Shown here one piece after another: positions 48,627 to 58,031 of a stretch of DNA of 64,000 nucleotides. The first letter of the stretch is position 1. Each line of letters starts with the position of its first letter. Made by a program: the position numbers and the translations under genes. The stretch is from an uncultured delta proteobacterium (GTDB lineage Bacteria; Desulfobacterota; Binatia; Binatales; Binataceae), in assembly GCA_963711565.1 (NCBI GenBank), contig CAVQEQ010000001.1:1-64000 (forward strand), read 5' to 3'. The notes beneath the pieces were generated by a model. It did no database searches. It was not told the DNA's origin and saw only the letters and a program-made list of their open reading frames with translations.

Positions 48627-48910
48627 CGGTTCCCTCCCTCCTACCGTTGTGCGGCGCCCTGCGACGTTGCGCCGCGGGTTTTTACGCCTCGCTGCGACGA
48701 ACGAAACAAGTCAACCCGATCGAGTCGAACGACTCGCAGCGGGAATTTGTTACGATCGCCACAACACTCCTAAAATAGCGGTTTAGACGTTTATAACGCT
48801 AAAGCAGCTCCGAAGGAGCCTAGCCGTTGCGCCTGGTTAATTCAAGCTTTCGAGGATTTTGAAGCTGTTTTTACCCACAAATGGTTGCGTTTTTAGGCGT
48901 TGGCAGCGCG

Positions 48911-49900
48911 TCAGGTCGCGCGTGGTGGCAGGCCCGCTGCCCGGTAGACCTCGTCGATCACGCGCATGTTGATGATTCCCTCGACCCCGTCGGTGGGGAA
49001 CTTCGCTTCGCCGCGCACGGCCTTGACGAACGCACGCAACTGATGCGTGAAGGTCGTGTCGCCGGGCACCGTCTCAGTCTTTTCTCCCGATGCCGTCTTC
49101 AGCGTGAGCTGATGCCCCCGTTGGGGCGCGATCGGATTTATCACGCGCAGGTCGCCGCGCTCACCGCGCGCGCTGAACGACGCCATGATCGTGGAGTCTT
49201 TCTTCATCGCGCAGATCATCTTCGCGCTCACGCCTGCTGCGAGCTCAAGATCAACGTCCATCGCGATGTCGATGTTCGTGGGGCCGGTTTCCGCTGCGGC
49301 GCGAATCACGCGCGGCGTCATCCCGGAGAAATAGCGGATCATGTGGAGCGGGTAGCATCCCAAATCCATCGTGGCGCCGCCGGCGAGACTCCAATCGAAG
49401 CGGATGTTCGTTTCCGGAATCGGCACCGTAAAACGGCCCTCGACGTGGATCAGGCGGCCAAGCGTCCCATCCGTCATCAGCGCGCGGATGCGATCCGCCA
49501 GCGGATGATAGCGGTAGTGGAACGCCTCGCCGAGAATCTTTCCGCTCTCATCCGCCGCCTTCGCCATCCGCTCCGCTTCGAGCGCGTTGGAAGCGAGCGG
49601 TTTCTCGCAGAGCACGTGCTTGCCCGCGCGCAATGCCGCGATCGTCCATTCGCAATGCAGCGAGTTCGGCAGCGGATTGTAGATCACGTCGAGCTTGGGG
49701 TCGTTGACGAGATCTTGATAGGTCGCGAGCACGCGCGGGACACCGTTGGCGGCGGCGAACTCGCGCGCCCGCTTCGGATCGCGCGCCGCGACCGCAACGA
49801 CTTCGGCGTCAGGCACATTTTGCGCCGCCCTGATCAATGCATCCGGCGCAATTCGCGCCGCGCCGAGTATTCCAAACCGAAGTGGGCGTTGTGTCGCCAT
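48911..49900 (-). CDS. Gfo/Idh/MocA oxidoreductase
   Basis: GILGAARIA, GKHVLCEKP, EAFHYRYHP, DLGCY. Confidence 0.92.
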   Translation of the reverse strand: MATQRPLRFGILGAARIAPDALIRAAQNVPDAEVVAVAARDPKRAREFAAANGVPRVLATYQDLVNDPKLDVIYNPLPNSLHCEWTIAALRAGKHVLCEKPLASNALEAERMAKAADESGKILGEAFHYRYHPLADRIRALMTDGTLGRLIHVEGRFTVPIPETNIRFDWSLAGGATMDLGCYPLHMIRYFSGMTPRVIRAAAETGPTNIDIAMDVDLELAAGVSAKMICAMKKDSTIMASFSARGERGDLRVINPIAPQRGHQLTLKTASGEKTETVPGDTTFTHQLRAFVKAVRGEAKFPTDGVEGIINMRVIDEVYRAAGLPPRAT

Positions 49901-49913
49901 GGTCTTCACACCT

Positions 49914-50753
49914 CTATGGGTTTGACGCCGGGCTGATCGCCTGGGGCGAGGCCTTTGCCGTCGCCATCTTGTAGCTCTGGGACTCTTCCATTCGCGCGAG
50001 CGCGTAGCGGTATGGCTCGTTGGAGATTGTGACGACACCCTGGTAAGGATGCGCCAGCTCCAGAATCGCGAGAATGGTCATGCCGAGCAGGATCGAAAAG
50101 AACCCGCACATGAGCACCTGCGCGCGAAAAACGTTGCTGCCGAAGAAGTAGCTGAAGCCGATCGTCATCAGGCATCCAAGATAGATCACCGTCCACACCA
50201 CGGACGGGAGATCTTGTTCGTAATAGTTGTACCGCTCGCTACGCGCCTGGCTGACGAGGTTGAGCTGGTCGATCGACTTGTCCATCAACATTTGCTCGCG
50301 GTTATCGGTGGGATGATAGGAAAGCACCGCGGACCATAGTTCGTGGGCGCCGATCGTTCCGCCCTGAAAAGTGTTGTCGGCCATCTCCGGCCATTCTTTG
50401 TCGATCACTCGGTGCGAGTATTCGAGGACGGCCGAATCGAGCTGGGTGCGCATCGGTTCGGAGAACGCCGCGCCGAGTTTGTAGAGACTCTCCAGCGCCG
50501 TCGCTTCCGTAAGCGCATACGCATTGGCGTCGTTGAAGCGCTCCCATGCGGCCACAATAACGAAAGCAAGGACGAGGCCGTAAAAGGCCCCAAGCACTCC
50601 GAACGTTACCCCCGCAACTTCGTGGTTCTTTTGCAGCCGGTCCAGCGGAACCAGCCATCTCACGAAGCATAGGCCTGCTATGCTGCCGCCACCGAACACC
50701 ACGATGACAAAAATGACCTGAGCGGCGGCTCCCCAGTAGAGTAGGAAATTCAT
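49914..50753 (-). CDS. DUF4239 (bestrophin-like) membrane protein
   Basis: GVLGAFYGLVLAFVIVAAWE, EW..M, LELAHPYQG. Confidence 0.8.
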   Translation of the reverse strand: MNFLLYWGAAAQVIFVIVVFGGGSIAGLCFVRWLVPLDRLQKNHEVAGVTFGVLGAFYGLVLAFVIVAAWERFNDANAYALTEATALESLYKLGAAFSEPMRTQLDSAVLEYSHRVIDKEWPEMADNTFQGGTIGAHELWSAVLSYHPTDNREQMLMDKSIDQLNLVSQARSERYNYYEQDLPSVVWTVIYLGCLMTIGFSYFFGSNVFRAQVLMCGFFSILLGMTILAILELAHPYQGVVTISNEPYRYALARMEESQSYKMATAKASPQAISPASNP

Positions 50754-50907
50754 TTCTCGAAATCCCTCCGGGGCGACCTTGCGCCATCGAAGGCTAATCG
50801 CCCCGACCAGACTAGCGGTTCATCGGCGACCCGCGCCATTGATGTATTAGTGTTTTGCGGCTTCGCGAGAACATCGAAAGGAACCCTGACCCGTGCCCCA
50901 ACGCCCG

Positions 50908-53900
50908 CTATTGCTGGACGCTCGTGCTATCGTCGCCGCTCGAACTCGGCTTTGCCGCCGTGCCGTCGTGCCCGAAATTCTCGACCACCTCCGCGATCGC
51001 CTTGAGCAGCGTCGATTTCTTGACCGGCTTGCTGACGTGCAGGTCGCAGCCAACCTCGATTGCATGGCGTACATCGGTTTCCAGCGCGGAGGCTGACAGT
51101 GCGATAATCGGCGTCCTCCCGCGTTCGTTTGCCGTCTCCCATTCACGAATCTTGCGCACCGCGCCGTAACCGTCGAGCACCGGCATCTGAATGTCCATCA
51201 AAACCACGTCGTAGGCGCGCGTCATGAATCGCTCCAGCGCCGCCTGGCCGTCCTCGACTTGGTCGAGCACGTAGCCGCTCTTCTTGAGGTAGGCGGCGAT
51301 CAACAGGCGATTATCCGCCGAATCATCAGCCAGCAGGATGTCGAGCGGACGGTCGAGCAGATGCGCGCCCGAACCGTTCGCCGCAACTTCATGAGCCGGC
51401 TCGGGGGCCACTTTGGCAGGGGCAACGACTTGCGCCATCGCGTCCGAGATCGCGGCGTACAATTCGCGGCTCTTCACCGGCTTGACCACGTAATAGTTCA
51501 AGCCCAACTCCCGCATCGCATTCAGCCGATCGGTCAGACCGCTGGAAGTCACCAGCATGACGATCGGCGCGTTTCCATTCGCGCCACCGCGCATACGCCT
51601 GATCATCTCGAAACCGTCCATCGCGGGCATCTGCAAATCAATTAGCAGCAGGCCGAACGGCGCGCCGTTGAGATTGGCAGCCGCGAACGCGGCCAGACCT
51701 TCGGCCCCGGACGTTGCTTCGGTCACTACGGCGCCCGCGGCGCGCATCTTCTGGCGGACGATCGATCGATTGGTCGCGTTATCATCGACCACCAGCACGC
51801 GGACTGAAGACAGATCGAGTCCGCGATGCTGCTGCGTTTTGCTTTCGTTGGCCGGCAGCAACGCCAGCTCCACGGTAAAATGAAAGGTGCTCCCCGCGCC
51901 GAGTTCGCTTTCGGCCCAGACTCTGCCCCCCATCAACGCGACCAGCCGTTCGACGATCGCCAGGCCAAGTCCGCTGCCGCCGTATTTTCGCGTGGTCGAT
52001 GAGTCCGCTTGGGTGAAGGCGGAGAAAATGTTGGAGAGCGTCTGGGCAGGCATCCCGATGCCGCTGTCGCGCACCGAGAATAGCAGGCTGCCGGGATTGG
52101 ATTGGCCCGGGTTGTGCGCGACGTCAACCGCGACTTCACCGCGCTCGGTGAATTTGATCGCATTGCCGATCAGATTGGTTAGCACCTGGCGCAGCCGCAG
52201 CGAATCGCCCACCAGCGTTGGCGGCAAATCGCCGCTGAAGCGGACGGCGAGTTCGATTCCCTTCTCGTGCGCCCGAACCGCCAGAGTGTCGGCAACCTTC
52301 TCCGTCAGCTCGATCACGTCGAACGCCACCGCCTCCAGGTTCATCCGTCCGCTCTCCACCCGCGCGAGGTCCAGGATGCTGTTGATCAGTTCGAGCAGCG
52401 CGTTGCCGTTGCTGAGGATAGTGTCGAGGTAACGCCGCTGTTCCGAATTGAGATCGCTCTCGCCAATCAGGTCGGCCATCCCGAGGATCGCATTCATCGG
52501 CGTGCGAATTTCGTGCGACATGCTCGACAGGAATTCGGTCTTCGCTTTCGACGCGGCCAGCGCCTTCTGCCGCGCCGCCTCCAAATCGGTAATATCGCGC
52601 GCGATCGAGAGCGCGCACTCGCGCCCGCCAAGCTCGAGCACCACCGCCGAGATCAGTGCCGGAAAAGTACTGCCGCCTGCGGTGCGGAAGATGGTTTCGA
52701 AATTGCGCACCTCGCGCCGCTCGAGCAGAGTGGCGGTGAACAGCGCCAGCCGCCCGCTGTCTTCCCAGACTTTGAGCTGATCGAAACGCTTGCCGACGAT
52801 TTCGTCTTTCGCCATCCCCAGCGAGCGCACCAGCTCGTGGTTAACGTCGATAATGACGCCGTCGTTCAGATCTGTCAGCGCGATGTTGTCGACGCTCGCG
52901 TCGAAGATCTCCCGCAACATCGCCTCGCTGCTCTGCAGCTTGCGCTCCTGTTCCTTGAGCCGGGTAATGTCGCGGGCAATCGTTACTACGCGCTCTTCGC
53001 CGCCCAGCTCCACCACTACCGACGAGAGCAACACGGGAATCTGGGCGCCGCTCTTGGCCTTGATGGTCACTTCGAAATTCCGCACCTGCCGGTTCGTCCG
53101 CAGCGACTCGGTATATGCCACCGCCGTTTCGTTGTCTGAAACCTGCCCGATGATCTCGGCCCGCGAATATTCACTGAGCCGCATGAATTCGTCGTTGACG
53201 TCTACAAAGCGGCCGTCAAGGTCGGTGATCGACACCGGGTCGAGGATCGAGTCGAAGATTTTGCGCAAACTGACCTCGCTCTCTTTGAGCTTCCGTTCCG
53301 CCGCCAACAGGTCGCCGATATTGCGCGTGATCGTCAGGACGCTCAGCTTGCCGTCCAACTCAACCATCGCACCGGACATCAGACATGGGATGCGGGTCCC
53401 ATCCTTGGCGTAAAAGTTCGCTCGCATGTTGCGGACTTCGCCGCTGCGAATCATCGCCGCCGAAAAGTTGTCCGATTCCTCGCGGCTGGGCCAGACACCG
53501 ACTTCCCAATAGGTCTTGCCCAGCACCTCCTCCCGGCTGAAACCCGTCGCCCGAGAGAATTCCTGGTTAACGTCGGTGTAGCACCGCGTCAAAGCGTCGG
53601 TGGTCGTCACCGAATCGAGATTCTTGTCGAAGATTTTGCGCAGCGTGGCCTCGCTGTTGCGCAGCTTTCGCTCGGCTTCTTTCACGTCCGAAATTTCGCG
53701 GACCACGATGATCGCGCAGGGCTGATTGTTCAGGCGCACCGCGACCGCGGATATCAATGCCGTCATCGGCCGCGCATAGCCGACGCCGTTGAGCTCGACC
53801 TCGAGGTTTTTGACCACGCCAGTCTCTTGCAATTCCTTCATGAACTGATCGCGCGCGCGCGGATCCGCGAAAAAATTGAAATCGACCTCTCGACGGCCCA

Positions 53901-54723
53901 AGACCAGCTCGCGCGGCACCCGGCTGCGCTCGACGAATTGGTTGTTGACCTCGAGAATCGCGCTGGTGTCGAGGTTGGTGACCACCACCATGTCGCCGCT
54001 CTGCTCGAAAATCTGGCGGAACTTTTGTTCGCTGTCGGTGAGTTTCTGGTCACTGCTCAACCGGTCCGCGAGGTTTTGCGCGAGCGCGCGCCGATTCTTC
54101 GTCTGCAGGCCAACGTTTGACTGCGCCAGCCCGACCGCGGTGATCAGGCCCAGCCAATGCATCGACGGATCGGAATCAACGACACCATGCGCGCGACCCA
54201 GCATGTAAAAGCAAACCATCCCGACTGTGCCGATCGCCGCCTGCCAGCCCCAATCCCACGGCACCAGCATCCCGCCGCCAACCACGATGACGAGCGTTGA
54301 AACGAACAGCGGCTCGATGCGCATCGAATCGGCGCAGATCGCAGTGGTCGATACGAGCAGCGCGCTGCATACGAAAACCGCGATCTGCCGCCAATAGCGT
54401 GGCATCGCGCGGGTAAAAGTCAGCAGGAAGGACATCACTCCGATCGCGATGTTGATCAAATGAAGGCTCAGCGTCGCGTCAAACGTTGATGGCGACGTGA
54501 AGCGATGCTCCGCCGCGTAGACCAGCTGAAAGAATACGATCAGCACCGTGCCCGTACGCAGCAGACCGACAAACTTCTCATCCGCGACCTGCGAATCGGA
54601 CAAGGTATTGCGCGACGGCGAGCGCGGCTGCTCACCAGAAGTCGAAGCTGCGACTTTCAACTGATCGTGCTCGAGGCTCCTCTCGCGCGAGGCAATGTCA
54701 TGCTGCTTGGGCGTTTCGCCCAT
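50908..54723 (-). CDS. Membrane hybrid sensor histidine kinase (TM region, 4 PAS, HisKA, HATPase, 2 REC)
   Basis: SSMSHEIRTPMNAI, NLIGNAIKFT, GGSGLGL, IDLQMP, MDIQMP; start uncertain (54723 or further upstream). Confidence 0.92.
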   Translation of the reverse strand: MGETPKQHDIASRERSLEHDQLKVAASTSGEQPRSPSRNTLSDSQVADEKFVGLLRTGTVLIVFFQLVYAAEHRFTSPSTFDATLSLHLINIAIGVMSFLLTFTRAMPRYWRQIAVFVCSALLVSTTAICADSMRIEPLFVSTLVIVVGGGMLVPWDWGWQAAIGTVGMVCFYMLGRAHGVVDSDPSMHWLGLITAVGLAQSNVGLQTKNRRALAQNLADRLSSDQKLTDSEQKFRQIFEQSGDMVVVTNLDTSAILEVNNQFVERSRVPRELVLGRREVDFNFFADPRARDQFMKELQETGVVKNLEVELNGVGYARPMTALISAVAVRLNNQPCAIIVVREISDVKEAERKLRNSEATLRKIFDKNLDSVTTTDALTRCYTDVNQEFSRATGFSREEVLGKTYWEVGVWPSREESDNFSAAMIRSGEVRNMRANFYAKDGTRIPCLMSGAMVELDGKLSVLTITRNIGDLLAAERKLKESEVSLRKIFDSILDPVSITDLDGRFVDVNDEFMRLSEYSRAEIIGQVSDNETAVAYTESLRTNRQVRNFEVTIKAKSGAQIPVLLSSVVVELGGEERVVTIARDITRLKEQERKLQSSEAMLREIFDASVDNIALTDLNDGVIIDVNHELVRSLGMAKDEIVGKRFDQLKVWEDSGRLALFTATLLERREVRNFETIFRTAGGSTFPALISAVVLELGGRECALSIARDITDLEAARQKALAASKAKTEFLSSMSHEIRTPMNAILGMADLIGESDLNSEQRRYLDTILSNGNALLELINSILDLARVESGRMNLEAVAFDVIELTEKVADTLAVRAHEKGIELAVRFSGDLPPTLVGDSLRLRQVLTNLIGNAIKFTERGEVAVDVAHNPGQSNPGSLLFSVRDSGIGMPAQTLSNIFSAFTQADSSTTRKYGGSGLGLAIVERLVALMGGRVWAESELGAGSTFHFTVELALLPANESKTQQHRGLDLSSVRVLVVDDNATNRSIVRQKMRAAGAVVTEATSGAEGLAAFAAANLNGAPFGLLLIDLQMPAMDGFEMIRRMRGGANGNAPIVMLVTSSGLTDRLNAMRELGLNYYVVKPVKSRELYAAISDAMAQVVAPAKVAPEPAHEVAANGSGAHLLDRPLDILLADDSADNRLLIAAYLKKSGYVLDQVEDGQAALERFMTRAYDVVLMDIQMPVLDGYGAVRKIREWETANERGRTPIIALSASALETDVRHAIEVGCDLHVSKPVKKSTLLKAIAEVVENFGHDGTAAKPSSSGDDSTSVQQ

Positions 54724-54960
54724 CCGATAATCCTTCCAGTCCCTGGCCGGCGCAGGTATCCACATGGATTCCAGCAAGTCCAATGCCCGAAAATCTGTCG
54801 CATATTCGTCGAGAAACCTCAGATCGCTCATCAATCCTCGCGACCCGCGGAGCGATTCGGGCGCGATGTGTCCCATTTCGGGAATTGGCCAGGGGCGTTT
54901 GTTAACACCGACCGAATTCTGCGAGAATCCTCGCAATTCTTCGTATCGAGGTTCATCCAC

Positions 54961-56505
54961 ATGAGCGCGACCGTTTCGATCCATCAAGGCAAACTCGAAG
55001 GCGACGAGCAGGGCGGGCTGTTCGTCTTCAAAGGAATCCCGTTTGCGGCGCCGCCCGTCGGTGGGCGGCGATGGCTCGCGCCGGAGAAGCCCGCGTCGTG
55101 GACCGGCGTTCGCGACGCGCGTCGGTTCGGCGCCGTCGCTCCTCAGAACAAGTTGATGCTCAGCGCACTCTCCGCGATGGTGGTGGACGGCGAACAATCC
55201 GAGGATTGCCTCACGCTCAACGTCTGGACTCCCGCGCTCGACGGCAAACGGCGCCCGGTGATGGTCTGGATTCACGGCGGCGCGTTCACGATCGGCTCGG
55301 GCTCGCAGTCGCTCTACGACGGGTCCGTTCTCGCGCGACGCGGCGATGTCGTACTCGTCACCGTCAATTACCGTCTCGGACCGCTAGGGTTCCTCCGCCT
55401 CGCTGACGTGACCAACGGCAAGATCCCTTCGACCGGCAGCGAAGGGATGCTCGATCAGGTCGCGGCGCTCGAATGGGTCCGCGACAATATCGCCGAGTTC
55501 GGCGGCGACCCGGGCAACGTCACAATTTTCGGCGAGTCAGCCGGCGGCATGAGCGTCGGAACTCTGCTCGCGATGCCCGCGGCGCGCGGCTTGTTCCACA
55601 AAGCGATTCCGCAGAGCGGCGCATGCCACACCGGCGCTCCCGTCGCGCGCGCAAATCGCACGGCGGAGCGAGTCCTATCGAGACTCGGCGTGAATCCAAG
55701 CGACGCCGGCGCGATCCGCGCGCTGACGCCTGCGCAATTGCTCACCGGCACCCTCCTCGACGACGGCAAGACGCCCGACCCCGAACTCGGGATGGCGTAT
55801 CAGCCGTGCATCGACGGTACTCACGTCCCGCGCGCCGCGATCGAGATGGTGGCGGACGGCAATGCGTCGGGCGTGGCCGTGATGGTCGGTTCCAACCTCG
55901 AAGAATGGAAATTGTTCTCGTTGATGGATCCTTCGCTGCACAAGCTCGATCGTGCGGGCCTCGGCGCGCGCATGAGTCGGCGCTTGACCGCTCCCACAGC
56001 CGACGCCCTTATCGACGCTTACGACAAGGCGCGCGCCGCTCGCGGCGAGTCAGTCACGCCCGCCGACTTGTTCAACGCAATCGAGACCGACCGGGTTTTC
56101 CGCATCCCGGGCGTGCGCCTCGCGCAAGTCCAGCCGCGCCACGACGCGCGCGTTTACAGCTATCTCTTCACATGGCCATCGCCCGCGATGGGCGGCGTGC
56201 TCGGCTCATGCCACGCACTCGAGCTCGGCTTCGTCTTCGGCACCAATCACATGCCCGGGATGGCCGCATTCGCAGGCACCGGCCCCGCCGTCGAAAAGCT
56301 CGCAACGCAGATGCAGGACGCGTGGCTGGCATTCGCGCGTTCAGGCGATCCGAGCAGCGAGAGCATCGGCAAGTGGAAGCGTTATGACGAGGCGCGCCGC
56401 TCAACGATGGTCTTCGGCGCGAACACAAAGCTCGAGGATGCCCCGCGCGAAGAAGAGCGCCGCGCCTGGGACGCGACTCCGGACAAAATCTTCGGCTCGC
56501 TCTAG
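54961..56505 (+). CDS. Carboxylesterase type B (p-nitrobenzyl esterase-like)
   Basis: SEDCLTLNVW, HGGAF, FGESAGG, CHALE. Confidence 0.93.
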   Translation: MSATVSIHQGKLEGDEQGGLFVFKGIPFAAPPVGGRRWLAPEKPASWTGVRDARRFGAVAPQNKLMLSALSAMVVDGEQSEDCLTLNVWTPALDGKRRPVMVWIHGGAFTIGSGSQSLYDGSVLARRGDVVLVTVNYRLGPLGFLRLADVTNGKIPSTGSEGMLDQVAALEWVRDNIAEFGGDPGNVTIFGESAGGMSVGTLLAMPAARGLFHKAIPQSGACHTGAPVARANRTAERVLSRLGVNPSDAGAIRALTPAQLLTGTLLDDGKTPDPELGMAYQPCIDGTHVPRAAIEMVADGNASGVAVMVGSNLEEWKLFSLMDPSLHKLDRAGLGARMSRRLTAPTADALIDAYDKARAARGESVTPADLFNAIETDRVFRIPGVRLAQVQPRHDARVYSYLFTWPSPAMGGVLGSCHALELGFVFGTNHMPGMAAFAGTGPAVEKLATQMQDAWLAFARSGDPSSESIGKWKRYDEARRSTMVFGANTKLEDAPREEERRAWDATPDKIFGSL

Positions 56506-56544
56506 CTCTCTCGCGACCGGTCCCCCTTCCCTCGAGGGAAGGGA

Positions 56545-56961
56545 TTAAATGACTGGCGGATACAGCTGAACAAGCCTATCTGGGGTTTCGATCCCGAATA
56601 CAAACGGTGGCGGGTAGTTCCTGATTGTCTCCAGCATTTTCGGCATCAGCAACTCAATCAATGCAATCCTTACATCGCTAGGAAGCTGCCCGTCGAGAAA
56701 GATAAATGCTCGAACTTTAGCGCTGGTCAGCGCTTCTATTTCGTTTCGGCGTAGCTGAATCTTTCGATCTTTCGTGACGACGATCCACTCTCTCTTGCCG
56801 ACCTCAGGCAGCCAGGTCTCATCTAGTGCGTCGACAGCAAAATTATCGGCGTGGATTTCTGCTCTACAAGAAGCCGAAACAGCGAGCGCCCGCGCGATGC
56901 GTCGCCCAGAAAGTGCTTGATCGGTAAAAAAGACAAGCTCGGTTGGAGTGTAGTCTTCGAT
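56545..56961 (-). CDS. PIN-domain toxin (VapC45-like); no canonical start codon
   Basis: Not in the ORF track; manual translation IEDYTPTELVFFTDQALSGRRIARAL..ALDETWLPEVGKREWIVVTKDRKIQ..E..AL..PPPFVF. Confidence 0.8.
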   Translation of the reverse strand: MEDYTPTELVFFTDQALSGRRIARALAVSASCRAEIHADNFAVDALDETWLPEVGKREWIVVTKDRKIQLRRNEIEALTSAKVRAFIFLDGQLPSDVRIALIELLMPKMLETIRNYPPPFVFGIETPDRLVQLYPPVI

Positions 56962-57723
56962 TTACGCTGCTTGCGCGAGCTGCGCTCTTTCGTATCTGAT
57001 CGCGTACTCAATCTCAGTTTTACTGCGGTCAAAGTCTTCCATGAGACTATCGATGGAATCACCGCCCCAAAACCGATCAGCTATCGCTTCGGTGGGGATT
57101 CCCGTACCTGTAATCACAGGCCGCCCAAAAGAGACGAGGGGATCGACCGCGATAAGTTTTGGCGGTTCGTCAAAAACGGTTGAGCCAATCCGAATAACCG
57201 GCCTCGAAACGACGAAGGGATAGAGCCTGGTAGTCAGGCCTTCGACGCTGCGATCGAGGCGCTTTAGGTGGGCATCCAGCATCTCTCGCATCGCGACCTG
57301 TTTGCCGCGGGTGACATTTATGAGTTGACCTAGCTCCTGAATGAACAGGTCGGAGCCGGAAGCATAAAGATCAACGTCGGCGAGCGGGTGTAGTGTCTCA
57401 TACTTCTGTTTAAGATGTTCGATTGCGTCCCTTGTGCGGAACATTTGCACGAGATGCCTTCGCCGGATTGATTTCAGCACGTGAGCTTCCACCAGATTGA
57501 CAAATGACAGCATCTTTTCGTCATTTTCCGGCGGAATGATCAACGGCTCAAAATGGCGAAGGCGATCGGCCTTTCGGTCGCGCCAAACAGCACCAAATAC
57601 CCACGCTTTCAGTGTAGACAATGGCAAAAGCAGCATTTTTGCTGCCAATTCGACCGGATAGAGCGGCATTTCGCGCGGGTTTTTGCCGCCGTACAGACCT
57701 ACTATCTTCTTACTTTCAGCCAC
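56962..57723 (-). CDS. DUF433-domain antitoxin (VapB45-like)
   Basis: N-terminal HTH, LSFVNLVEAHVL, HPLA, VDPLVSFGRPVITGTGI. Confidence 0.88.
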   Translation of the reverse strand: MAESKKIVGLYGGKNPREMPLYPVELAAKMLLLPLSTLKAWVFGAVWRDRKADRLRHFEPLIIPPENDEKMLSFVNLVEAHVLKSIRRRHLVQMFRTRDAIEHLKQKYETLHPLADVDLYASGSDLFIQELGQLINVTRGKQVAMREMLDAHLKRLDRSVEGLTTRLYPFVVSRPVIRIGSTVFDEPPKLIAVDPLVSFGRPVITGTGIPTEAIADRFWGGDSIDSLMEDFDRSKTEIEYAIRYERAQLAQAA

Positions 57724-57751
57724 AACGACCCCTTGCTCGAATCACAGCATA

Positions 57752-57777
57752 GCAGATTTGTCAATATCGTAATCTAC
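57752..57777. promoter_or_regulatory. Inverted repeat upstream of the TA operon (candidate operator)
   Basis: GCAGATT-N12-AATCTAC next to a TATGCT -10-like box on the minus strand. Confidence 0.4.
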
Positions 57778-57781
57778 CGGA

Positions 57782-58003
57782 CTAGCGCGTCGGCTTTGCG
57801 GTCGGCGGTTGGCCGCTCGATCCCTTTGCATGCGCCGGCTTGCCTTCCATGAAACGATTGCATCCGCTGTTGCCGGAAACTCTTAGGTTGAACTTCAGCA
57901 TTTTGTCGTCGATGCAAAGTCCCATCGTCGAATTCTTAATTGGCGCCTTCGGCTCGACCTGCCACCACTTGCAATCTTTGCAGAGTCCCCATGATGTGCT
58001 CAT
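57782..58003 (-). CDS. Small four-cysteine hypothetical protein
   Basis: WGLCKDCKWW..GLC..SGCNRF; GGAGG RBS. Confidence 0.8.
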   Translation of the reverse strand: MSTSWGLCKDCKWWQVEPKAPIKNSTMGLCIDDKMLKFNLRVSGNSGCNRFMEGKPAHAKGSSGQPPTAKPTR

Positions 58004-58031
58004 CAACTTCAGCCTCCGTCGATTGCGTGCG

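Noticed and set aside
54724-55275. N-terminal extensions of the kinase (1455 aa) and esterase (666 aa) ORFs suggesting overlapping genes
   Set aside because: Recognisable homology starts at ~54723 and 54961; the extensions are open frames across a divergent intergenic region
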